Positions 36,378 through 44,771 of a stretch of 45,537 nucleotides of DNA are shown piece by piece. A program made the position numbers and the translations under genes. This stretch comes from Puia sp. Lineage in GTDB: Bacteria > Bacteroidota > Bacteroidia > Chitinophagales > Chitinophagaceae. Under the pieces are notes generated by a model. That model worked only from the letters and a program-made list of their open reading frames with translations. It searched no databases and was not told the DNA's origin. Each line of letters opens with the position of its first letter. The stretch's first letter is position 1. The stretch is from assembly GCA_035485835.1 (NCBI GenBank), contig DATHNR010000301.1:1-45537 (forward strand), given 5' to 3'.

Positions 36378-37196
36378 CTACTTCCTTCTGCTTTCAGCTG
36401 CTTTTTTAACACTCCCGAATTGAAGTAAAAGTTTTTTTGCTGTTTGATAATCGTTAATTCCGGTTTGATTCATAAGCATACTTATACCTCTTTCAATAAG
36501 TTTGCTATTAGTTAGCTGCATATTGACCATCCGGGTATCTTCTACCCTTCCTATTCGGATCATAACGGTTGTAGAAATCATATTCAGAACAAGTTTCTGT
36601 GCTGTTCCACTTTTCATCCGTGTGCTGCCTGTAACAAACTCGGGACCTACTATTACTTCTACAGGATAATCAGATGCCGCAGCCAGAGGTGTTCCCGGAT
36701 TGCAGGTTACACATCCGGTAGTTATACCTCTTTGCCGGCATTTTTCCAGTGCACCGATCACATAAGGGGTTGTTCCGCTGGCTGCTATTCCAATGACTAC
36801 GTCTTTTTCATCTACTTCAAATTCGCAGAGATCAAGCCATCCCTGCTCCCGGTCGTCTTCGGCATTTTCTACAGGTGTCCGGATCGCTTTTTCTCCTCCC
36901 GCAATAAGACCGACGATCAAGCCATAGGGCATCCCGTAAGTAGGCGGTATTTCGCTGGCATCGAGAATACCCAAACGGCCACTGGTACCCGCTCCAAGAT
37001 AAAATAAGCGGCCTCCGCTCAGCATTTTATCCGTGACGATTTCTGTTAGTTTTTCAATCTGAGGCATAGATTGGGAAACCGCCAGGGGCACCTGCTGGTC
37101 TTCCTTGTTGATAAAAGTGAGCAGTTCACGCGTGCTCATTTTTTCAAGATGCCGGTAAGGACCCTGCTCTTCGGTTATCTTTTCAAAGTCCATCAT
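36378..37196 (-). CDS. murQ: N-acetylmuramic acid 6-phosphate etherase
   Basis: 'GAGTSGRLG.LDASE.PPT', 'AASGTTPY', 'GPEFVTGSTRMKSGTAQK'. ATGA overlap with the upstream kinase. Confidence 0.96.
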   Translation of the reverse strand: MMDFEKITEEQGPYRHLEKMSTRELLTFINKEDQQVPLAVSQSMPQIEKLTEIVTDKMLSGGRLFYLGAGTSGRLGILDASEIPPTYGMPYGLIVGLIAGGEKAIRTPVENAEDDREQGWLDLCEFEVDEKDVVIGIAASGTTPYVIGALEKCRQRGITTGCVTCNPGTPLAAASDYPVEVIVGPEFVTGSTRMKSGTAQKLVLNMISTTVMIRIGRVEDTRMVNMQLTNSKLIERGISMLMNQTGINDYQTAKKLLLQFGSVKKAAESRRK

Positions 37197-38035
37197 TTAT
37201 TTTTATGATAAGCAATTAATCCATCCATCGGCTTCTTCAAAAATTTACCTGTTTCCCAGCCAAATGATTTACAAAGTTCTTTCAGAATATCCTGAAACCC
37301 AAAAGCAACACTTCCGGTAAAATAAATCGGTATTTTACCGGATTCCGGATAACGCGCCAAATGAATAGAAAAAAAATCAAAAAGTCCGTCCTCGATAATA
37401 TTTTCTATCATGTAATGTCCGCGGTTTTCAGCCAGGAATATTGCAAAAGAAGCAATGTATCGATTGGGGAGTGTTTTTTTATAAACCGAATCAAGTATTT
37501 CTGAAACTGTTACACCATATTTTTTATGAAATTTAGTATGCAATTCAGCATCGAAAATTTTGTATAAAAAATATTGAAGAACTTTTTTCCCAAGGTAAGC
37601 TCCACTCCCTTCGTCTCCCAATACGTAACCTAGTCCGGGACTATTGCGAATAATTTTCTTTCCATTATAATAGCCAGAATTACTGCCTGTTCCCAATATT
37701 GCAACGAGGCCCTTGTTTTTCCCGCAAAGTGCTCTTGCAGCACCTGTGAGATCGTGTTCAATTTCAACCCGGGCATTCGGGAACACTTTTCTAACGGCTC
37801 TCCGTACAATGGCCCTGTTAGAAGCAGCGGCACAACCGGTACCATAAAAATATATTTGCTCGGGTCTGTTTTTTTTTAATGCAGGTAATAGTTCATTCTG
37901 CATCAAAGCAACAAGTTGTAATTCATTTAAAAAATAAGGACTCGCACCCTGCGTATTTATGAATTGTTTACGGCCATTTGATATAAAACACCATTCACAT
38001 TTGGTAGAACCGCTATCTGCAATCAATAGGGACAT
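37193..38035 (-). CDS. BadF/BadG/BcrA/BcrD-family amino-sugar kinase (MurNAc/GlcNAc kinase-like)
   Basis: 'IADSGSTK', 'FYGTGC', 'ILGTGSN', 'LGYVLGDEGSGAYLG', 'FTGSVA'; coupled to murQ. Alternative GTG start at 38041. Confidence 0.88.
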   Translation of the reverse strand: MSLLIADSGSTKCEWCFISNGRKQFINTQGASPYFLNELQLVALMQNELLPALKKNRPEQIYFYGTGCAAASNRAIVRRAVRKVFPNARVEIEHDLTGAARALCGKNKGLVAILGTGSNSGYYNGKKIIRNSPGLGYVLGDEGSGAYLGKKVLQYFLYKIFDAELHTKFHKKYGVTVSEILDSVYKKTLPNRYIASFAIFLAENRGHYMIENIIEDGLFDFFSIHLARYPESGKIPIYFTGSVAFGFQDILKELCKSFGWETGKFLKKPMDGLIAYHKNK

Positions 38036-38153
38036 ATTCACTTTTTAAAGTTTCCGGGGCGAAGGTATATTGTTTATAGTGTAAGGTAAATATACCATCA
38101 GTTACAGATCATTTCTTTGCTTAATTTGCAGCACATTAGGTGAAATCAAGTAC

Positions 38154-39770
38154 ATGAAAAAACTAAACTTCTGGCTGCCCCTTTTATTTGCGGTGGTCAT
38201 GATTCTGGGTATGTTGATCGGATTCAGACTTTATCCAAGTACCAGTACGGGAGGATTTTTTAAAACGGGAAAACTGAGTCCCGTCCAGGAAGTGTTGGAC
38301 ATCATTAATGATAAGTATGTGGATTCTGTACGGGCAGATTCTTTAAGCGAAGAAGCGATCCAGGGCTTGCTTTCCCACCTGGACCCGCACTCCTATTATA
38401 TTCCTGCTGTAGACCAGGTAGAAATGAATGAAGACCTGCAGGGTAATTTCCAGGGAATTGGTGTGGAGTTTCAGATTTTAAATGATACGGTAAATGTGAC
38501 CAATGTGATCAGTGGGGGACCCAGTGATAAGGCTGGACTCCAGGTGGGCGACCAGATTATCAGGGTAAATGATTCTATTGTTGCAGGAAATGGAATTACA
38601 GCGGAAAAGATAAAAAAATTACTGCGTGGCCCCGGAGCAAGCATGGTAAATCTGACTATGTTCCGTAATCATCTTCCCAAACAATTCGTTATCCTGCGTG
38701 GAATGATTCCTCTGCCGGCTTTGGATGCAGCATATATGATAGACAAAGAATCGGGATATATAAGAATCAATAAATTTTCAAGAACCACATACGAAGAATT
38801 TATGGAGGCTTTAGAGCCCTTGGAAAAACAAGGTATGAAAAAACTTGTATTGGATATACGGGGAAATGGTGGTGGCATCGTGGATGAAGCAGTAAATATG
38901 GCTGACGAATTTCTTGGAAATGATGAATTGATAGTTTATACGGAAGGAAGGAAAAGTCCCAGAAAAGAATATCATGCCCAAAGACCTGGAAGTTTTGAAT
39001 CAGGGAAACTTATACTACTGGTAGATGAGGGAACCGCATCAGCTAGTGAAATCCTGGCAGGTGCATTGCAGGACTGGGATAGGGCAAGTATAGTCGGCCG
39101 CCGGACTTTTGGTAAGGGCCTGGTGCAGGAACCATTCGAATTAAATGATGGAAGCGAACTTCGCCTGACAATTGCGCGATATTATACTCCACTGGGGCGA
39201 AGTATTCAAAAACCATATAATAAAGGCCGTGAAGCTTATAACGAAGAGGTGATTGATCGTTTTCACAACGGCGAAGTTATTCATGGAGATACTTCCAATG
39301 TACATGCCGGGCCCGTTTTCAAAACGCCGGGAGGCAGGCTGGTATATGGAGGTGGGGGAATTACACCCGATTTTTTTGTGGCCCTTGATACATCACAGAT
39401 ACCAAGAACTGTAACCGCATTATATATCAGCGGAGATTTGAATAACTTTATTTACGAATATTTTATTCGTCACCAGGCCGAGTTAAAACAATTCCAATCT
39501 CCGGCTGCATTTTATACCGGTTTCAAAAAAGATGCTGAATTGTGGAATACACTCCTTGCATATGCAAAAAAAGATTCAATCAATCTGGAAGGCGTAGATC
39601 CAGTGAACCGAAACCAGGTAGAAATAAGAGTGAAAGCACTTCTGGCGAGGTTTATCTGGCGTACACAGGGCTATTTTTATATAATAAACCAAACAGACCC
39701 TGTTTTAATAAAAGCAACGGAGTTATTGGAAACCAATAACTCCATTCCTTCAGCGGTGAAGACTAATTAA
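38154..39770 (+). CDS. S41 carboxy-terminal processing protease (CtpA-like) with PDZ domain
   Basis: 'LDPHS', 'GIGV', 'LDIRGNGGG', 'TASASEI', 'TFGKGLVQ', 'GITPD'. Confidence 0.95.
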   Translation: MKKLNFWLPLLFAVVMILGMLIGFRLYPSTSTGGFFKTGKLSPVQEVLDIINDKYVDSVRADSLSEEAIQGLLSHLDPHSYYIPAVDQVEMNEDLQGNFQGIGVEFQILNDTVNVTNVISGGPSDKAGLQVGDQIIRVNDSIVAGNGITAEKIKKLLRGPGASMVNLTMFRNHLPKQFVILRGMIPLPALDAAYMIDKESGYIRINKFSRTTYEEFMEALEPLEKQGMKKLVLDIRGNGGGIVDEAVNMADEFLGNDELIVYTEGRKSPRKEYHAQRPGSFESGKLILLVDEGTASASEILAGALQDWDRASIVGRRTFGKGLVQEPFELNDGSELRLTIARYYTPLGRSIQKPYNKGREAYNEEVIDRFHNGEVIHGDTSNVHAGPVFKTPGGRLVYGGGGITPDFFVALDTSQIPRTVTALYISGDLNNFIYEYFIRHQAELKQFQSPAAFYTGFKKDAELWNTLLAYAKKDSINLEGVDPVNRNQVEIRVKALLARFIWRTQGYFYIINQTDPVLIKATELLETNNSIPSAVKTN

Positions 39771-40162
39771 AGTACTTGATTATCCGGCAATTGTTTTCTT
39801 TCAATTTTATAAGACATGATCAGACCGATTCCGCCCCCAATGGCAATCAGGGCAAAGTAAATAGGCACATTGGCGTCATCGTTGCCCATTCCATGTTCAC
39901 TATGTATACGTACATTATACAAAAAGAAATTGTCCATGAGATAAGCAACAAATAACCCGATACCGGAGCCCACCAGGAGTAGACCCCACTTGAGATTACG
40001 GAAAGGAGCAGGACGCCTTTCCTGTTTTAATTTCGGATCAAGGCCCTTTTCAATCATGGCCATATTCTCCTTGTTATTAATATACCTGATACCGAAAATC
40101 AATGCGCAAATTGAAAGACTGCTAAGAATAAGCCAAAAAAATACCAGTTGATCGGGTCCCAT
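39767..40162 (-). CDS. Small membrane protein, DUF6249-like
   Basis: Three TM segments; 'KENMAMIEKG', 'LKWGLLLVGSGIG'; divergent from an ECF sigma gene. Confidence 0.75.
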   Translation of the reverse strand: MGPDQLVFFWLILSSLSICALIFGIRYINNKENMAMIEKGLDPKLKQERRPAPFRNLKWGLLLVGSGIGLFVAYLMDNFFLYNVRIHSEHGMGNDDANVPIYFALIAIGGGIGLIMSYKIERKQLPDNQVL

Positions 40163-40204
40163 ATACTTTTTATTTAATTTTTATCAATTGTTTTCTACCC
40201 TATC

Positions 40205-40232
40205 AGACTACATCATTTGAGCTTAGGTTACA
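40205..40232 (-). promoter_or_regulatory. ECF-type promoter for the DUF6249-like gene
   Basis: Minus strand TGTAACC-N16-AGTCT. Confidence 0.7.
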
Positions 40233-40262
40233 ATAACCTGTAGTTTTTTATACTCCCACACA

Positions 40263-40286
40263 CCCATACTCCCATACTCCCATACT
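40263..40286. repeat. CCCATACT x3 tandem octamer
   Basis: Three perfect copies plus a degenerate CCCACACA at 40255-40262, between the two ECF-type promoters. Confidence 0.85.
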
Positions 40287-40307
40287 TGTATTAAATGTAC
40301 CTTAGCC

Positions 40308-40335
40308 TGTAACCATACTCTTATATATAACGTCT
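40308..40335 (+). promoter_or_regulatory. ECF-type (probably autoregulated) promoter of the sigma gene
   Basis: TGTAACC-N16-CGTCT, 7 nt before the GTG start. Confidence 0.72.
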
Positions 40336-40342
40336 TATCCCT

Positions 40343-40933
40343 GTGGTAATAAGCGGACAACCAGATGACCAGATTATTTACAGGATCCTTCAAGGGGATC
40401 AATCGGCGTTTGCTTTATTGGTTGAAAAGTACAAAAATTATGTCTTCACCCTTGTTCTCCGATTTACCGAGAACAGGGAAGATGCTGAAGAAATTGCACA
40501 GGACATATTTGTAAAAGCATATCGCTCCCTGGCTGATTTTCGCGGGGATTCAAAATTCAGTACCTGGTTATTTACCATCACCCGCACTACCTGTCTTAGT
40601 TTTTTAAGAAAGAAAAAACTGGATACCATTTCGCTCGACAATCAAAGAAACGGCATCCAGGTAGAAAACAGGGAATCTGGTTTCAGTGCAAATGGAATTG
40701 AACAAAAATCAAAACATGCCATGCTAAATCAGGCCATTTCAATGCTGAGCCCTGACGACGCCCAGGTACTTAATCTTTTTTATAAAGGGGACCAGACACT
40801 TGAAGAAATTGGTAAAATAATGCGCCTGGATCCGAATACAGTAAAAGTGAAACTTCACAGGGCTAGGCAACGTCTAAAAGACAAGATGGAAAAACATTTT
40901 TCTCATGAAGTACGGGAAATACATGCGGATTAA
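40343..40933 (+). CDS. ECF RNA polymerase sigma factor (SigW/RpoE-like)
   Basis: 'EDAEEIAQDIFVKAY', 'FRGDSKFSTWLF', region 4 'TLEEIGKIM...TVKVKLHRAR'. Confidence 0.95.
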   Translation: MVISGQPDDQIIYRILQGDQSAFALLVEKYKNYVFTLVLRFTENREDAEEIAQDIFVKAYRSLADFRGDSKFSTWLFTITRTTCLSFLRKKKLDTISLDNQRNGIQVENRESGFSANGIEQKSKHAMLNQAISMLSPDDAQVLNLFYKGDQTLEEIGKIMRLDPNTVKVKLHRARQRLKDKMEKHFSHEVREIHAD

Positions 40934-40982
40934 GGGAGAAACAAAACATTCGTACGGACATTCTATTAATAAAAGAAATGAT

Positions 40983-41519
40983 ATGGACCAGGAAATGGAA
41001 AAACTTATTTGGGAATATATAGACGGATTAGGCGATGAAACCGTGAAAGCTGACACTTTAAAGCACATTTCGGAGGATCCGGTCTGGCATAGTAAATACA
41101 CTGAGCTGATGAACATTCATGAAATGCTTCAGAAAGAAGATCTTGAAGTGCCCTCTCTGCGGTTTACTAAAAATATAATGGAAGAAATTGCTCAATTACA
41201 TGTGGCCCCTGCAACAAAAAATTATATCAATAAAAACGTTATCCGCGGGTTTGCGGCTTTTTTCCTGATCATGATCGGGGGTCTATTTATTTATTTTATA
41301 GGACAGATTCATTGGAGCAGTAATTCAACCGGTAGCCTGGTCCCTTCATACAGCCTCAATGCGAACAAAATAAACTGGAGTTTTCTATTAAATAATACTT
41401 ATGTAAATATTTTTATTGGAATCAACGTTATCCTGGGTCTTATCCTTATAGATAAATATATGCAGAGAAAGAAAAATTCCAGCCATGCCAGTCGCCTGAC
41501 CAAAGGCGACAGTGCTTAA
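40983..41519 (+). CDS. Probable membrane anti-sigma factor
   Basis: Follows the sigma gene; 'LIWEYIDG' N-terminus, 'PSLRFTKNIM', two TM helices. Start uncertain (40923 or 40983). Confidence 0.75.
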   Translation: MDQEMEKLIWEYIDGLGDETVKADTLKHISEDPVWHSKYTELMNIHEMLQKEDLEVPSLRFTKNIMEEIAQLHVAPATKNYINKNVIRGFAAFFLIMIGGLFIYFIGQIHWSSNSTGSLVPSYSLNANKINWSFLLNNTYVNIFIGINVILGLILIDKYMQRKKNSSHASRLTKGDSA

Positions 41520-41538
41520 TCATTTGTACATTTGCTTC

Positions 41539-42906
41539 ATGGATATAAAAAATAATATTCTTGAAACGATCGGCAATACGCCACTTATCCGCTTAAATAA
41601 AATTACACGGGATATTCCTGGTACCGTCGTAGCCAAAGTTGATTATTTCAATCCCGGTAATTCCATTAAAGACCGGATGGCCGTAAAGATGATAGAAGTA
41701 GCCGAACAGGAAGGCAAACTTAAACCTGGTGGAACTATCATTGAATGCACCAGTGGTAATACGGGAATGGGTTTAGCGTTGGCAGCCATCATAAAAGGAT
41801 ATAAATGTATTTTTACCACTACCGATAAACAATCGAAAGAAAAATCAGATATCCTCAAAGCAGTAGGTGCAGAGGTAATTGTTTGCCCTACAAACGTAGA
41901 ACCAGATGATCCACGAAGCTATTATTCCATTGCCCGGAGACTAGCTAAAGAAATTCCAAATTCGTTTCATTGTAATCAATATGACAATCTTGCAAACCGG
42001 CTTGCTCATTATGAAACTACTGGCCCTGAAATCTGGAAACAAACAGATGGAAAAATCACACACCTTGTTTGTACAGCCGGAACCGGTGGCACAATTACAG
42101 GAACTGCGATGTATTTAAAAGAAAAAAATCCTGCAATACAGATATGGGCGATCGATGTTTTCGGATCACTGCTGACAAAATATTTTAACACAGGGGAGAT
42201 TGATATGAATGAAGTACATCCATATGTATCAGAAGGTTTTGGAGAAGATTTTGTTCCAGAAAACTACGATATGTCTGTAATCGACCATTTCGAGCAGGTT
42301 ACTGATAAAGCAGGCGCAATAATGGCCCGTCGTCTTGCTAAAGACGAAGGATTATTTTGCGGATATAGTGCGGGAAGTTGTCTACAGGGATTAATGCAAT
42401 TAAAAAATAAATTAAAAAAAGACGATTTGGTCGTTTGTATTTTTCATGATCATGGCAGCCGCTATGTTGCAAAAATCTATAATGATCAGTGGATGATGGA
42501 ACGGGGGTTTCTTGATGTTAAAACCTTCCGCGATATAGTCAATTCGCGTGGTAATAGTATACTGGTAACACTCAATCCCGAACAAACCGTTGGCGAAGCT
42601 TTTGACAGGATGAAAGAATTGCATATTGAAAATATTCCTGTTGTAAAGGAAGGCATACCAGTAGGCGCTGTAAGTGAAAGTGGTTTATTCAATATTATCC
42701 TAAGCAATGGATCCGATATCAGACATAAAAAAATTCATGAAGTAATCGAAGCTCCTTATCCTGTTGTTTCTTATGATACTCCGGTCGAAAGAATCAACTC
42801 ACTCATAAGTAAAGAGAATGGCGCCGTACTCGCAAAAGATGATAGCGGCAACTTTCATATAGTGACAAAGTATGATGTGCTTCAGTCTTTTACTCACAAG
42901 TCATAA
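41539..42906 (+). CDS. Cystathionine beta-synthase / cysteine synthase family PLP enzyme with C-terminal CBS pair
   Basis: 'IGNTPL', 'NPGNSIKDR', 'TSGNTG', 'HYETTGPEI', 'GTGGT'; CBS domains at the C-terminus; -7 element TACATTTG at 41527-41534. Confidence 0.9.
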   Translation: MDIKNNILETIGNTPLIRLNKITRDIPGTVVAKVDYFNPGNSIKDRMAVKMIEVAEQEGKLKPGGTIIECTSGNTGMGLALAAIIKGYKCIFTTTDKQSKEKSDILKAVGAEVIVCPTNVEPDDPRSYYSIARRLAKEIPNSFHCNQYDNLANRLAHYETTGPEIWKQTDGKITHLVCTAGTGGTITGTAMYLKEKNPAIQIWAIDVFGSLLTKYFNTGEIDMNEVHPYVSEGFGEDFVPENYDMSVIDHFEQVTDKAGAIMARRLAKDEGLFCGYSAGSCLQGLMQLKNKLKKDDLVVCIFHDHGSRYVAKIYNDQWMMERGFLDVKTFRDIVNSRGNSILVTLNPEQTVGEAFDRMKELHIENIPVVKEGIPVGAVSESGLFNIILSNGSDIRHKKIHEVIEAPYPVVSYDTPVERINSLISKENGAVLAKDDSGNFHIVTKYDVLQSFTHKS

Positions 42907-43025
42907 ATTATAATACTGCACGTAAATCTACTATTCTCAGAACTCGTTAAACTACCAGTTTCTGGGTAAATCATGAACTGTTAAAATCAGGCAAAAAGGC
43001 TATTGTTGTTAATATGTGTATAAGT

Positions 43026-43033
43026 TAATTTTG
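43026..43033 (+). promoter_or_regulatory. -7 promoter element ahead of the repeat-rich non-coding stretch
   Basis: TAATTTTG matches TAnnTTTG, about 500 nt upstream of the next CDS. Confidence 0.55.
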
Positions 43034-43039
43034 ATAGTG

Positions 43040-43480
43040 AAGTTGATTGATACATACTCAATCCCGACGATATCCAAAAACCGGCCAAAGTTCTTTATCC
43101 AATATCCAATAGAATTTCCGAGTAAAATCCGATATCAGTCAACTTCTTTTTTCTTACCCTGCGAAACCGAATCCGATCCTATTTGAAAAAGCGCGGTCCT
43201 ATTTTGAAAAACCTATCCTGTAAGAAAACCTGAACCTTTCCTAAATAATCAAACCTATCCTGTAGAAACCAATTCCAATTCCGAAGAGGAAATTCAAATC
43301 CTGTCCAAAAACTGATCCCGGCACTGAAACCGACCTTATTCCTTAAATCTGATCCTTGAAACAACCACCCTGAAGTCCAATTCCATGGGGAAACCGGTAA
43401 CAGTTCCAGTACCCGATTTTAGAACAAACTGTTTATCCCGCGTCCTCCTGCTAAGTTTTCAAATAATTTAGCAGGGGGCA
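43040..43480 (+). ncRNA. Candidate ~440-nt motif-repeat non-coding RNA or long 5' leader (strand not certain)
   Basis: 25 TCC vs 2 GGA in 43062-43448; repeated AAACC..TCC units; closing hairpin CCTCCTGCTAAG/TTTAGCAGGGGG at 43444-43478. Confidence 0.5.
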
Positions 43481-43544
43481 CCCATAGGAGGCTAAAGCCG
43501 GTAGCTATTAGCCTAAATAAATGATCTTTGTCCAAAGATTAATA

Positions 43545-44651
43545 ATGAAGTTTTCATTCGACGTTAACACGCCGGATAATAATCAAACAAATAAGCCTTC
43601 CAGGAAGAAACCTATTTTCCCTGTAAATGATTTACTACGGAATTATCTCCAGCTCCACGGTCGTGAAGTGAAATTACCTGTTTCATATAATGACCTGCTT
43701 CATGTTGCCTATGCAGTTCCTTTAAAAGACAAAAATGGCAAAGACAGTCTATGGGAAACCGTTTCTTATGACATGCAACACTGGCAATATATCCGGTCAG
43801 GACTGGTAAAAATGTATGCTATATTAAAAACTGAGGGCGATCTGACTTTCAGTAAACATCTTGACGTAGCCCGAGTGGATTTCTGCAGCTTTGCTAACTC
43901 AAGTCCTTTCAGGATACGAATCGTTAATAAATTCAATGACAACTACGATCATTTTTATATCAAACAGGCAGATGCATCTCGCGTATATGGTCTCGAACTG
44001 GAACATCTGTTATCTCCAAACCGAATCAGCTTTTTCACTCATCAGCAAACACTGATAGAAGACCATATACCTGGCATACCTGGCGATATTTTCATTATGC
44101 ATTATTTAAATGAGCCAATTACCAACCGTATACGTTTTGCAAAAGAGTTTGTGAAATTTAACGAACGTTGTTTTGTACGTTTACTCGGTGATATGAGATC
44201 CTATAACTTCGTTGTGGATATTACTCCGGATATTGAAGATTTCCAATATCGTATCCGGGCCATAGATTTTGACCAGCAGTCTTATGAAGGAAGAAAAAAT
44301 ATTTATTTGCCACAATTTTTTAAAGAGAATAAATCTCTGGTTGACATCTGTATTAAATATTTAAACGAGGATTCTATTACTCAGTATCAAACAGAAGAAA
44401 GGACAATGATGGCATTTCGCGTTGCTTCTTCAAGATTCAGACTGATGCATCTCCTGAATATTATGTCGACCGATAATATATCAACGCCCGAAAAACTTAT
44501 CCAACTGCGTGAAGAGCTCTCCTCGGAATTCCAGGCCCCTGTATTTCTGAAATGCCGGTCAATGGGCCAGCTGGTGAAAAGGCAGTTAAAACAAACCTTG
44601 CAAAAAAATCTGGCATTGATCCAAAAAAACCTTGGGAAATTCCAGGACTGA
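43545..44651 (+). CDS. Hypothetical protein with atypical-kinase-like (PI3K/HipA-like) motifs
   Basis: Long ORF (start 43521 or 43545); 'FYIKQ', 'LLGDMRSYNF', 'IRAIDFD'. Confidence 0.8.
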   Translation: MKFSFDVNTPDNNQTNKPSRKKPIFPVNDLLRNYLQLHGREVKLPVSYNDLLHVAYAVPLKDKNGKDSLWETVSYDMQHWQYIRSGLVKMYAILKTEGDLTFSKHLDVARVDFCSFANSSPFRIRIVNKFNDNYDHFYIKQADASRVYGLELEHLLSPNRISFFTHQQTLIEDHIPGIPGDIFIMHYLNEPITNRIRFAKEFVKFNERCFVRLLGDMRSYNFVVDITPDIEDFQYRIRAIDFDQQSYEGRKNIYLPQFFKENKSLVDICIKYLNEDSITQYQTEERTMMAFRVASSRFRLMHLLNIMSTDNISTPEKLIQLREELSSEFQAPVFLKCRSMGQLVKRQLKQTLQKNLALIQKNLGKFQD

Positions 44652-44736
44652 AAGATTTCTAACATTCAGATTAATGATGGATTAAATTTTAGATGATTTT
44701 CAACGAATCCGCCCTGCTGGTGCGGGCTGGAACCCG

Positions 44737-44744
44737 TATCTTTG
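44737..44744 (+). promoter_or_regulatory. -7 promoter element for fbaA
   Basis: TATCTTTG, 27 nt before ATG 44772. Confidence 0.6.
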
Positions 44745-44771
44745 CATCCTTAAAACTTGAAATATAATCCC

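Noticed and set aside
43179-43364. 61-aa minus-strand ORF
   Set aside because: TTG start, and its internal 'FLQDRF' repeat simply reflects the nucleotide duplication; it covers under half of the motif-rich region.
43160-43400. CRISPR array reading of the repeat-rich region
   Set aside because: Repeats are at most 14 nt, degenerate and irregularly spaced; no cas genes in the window.
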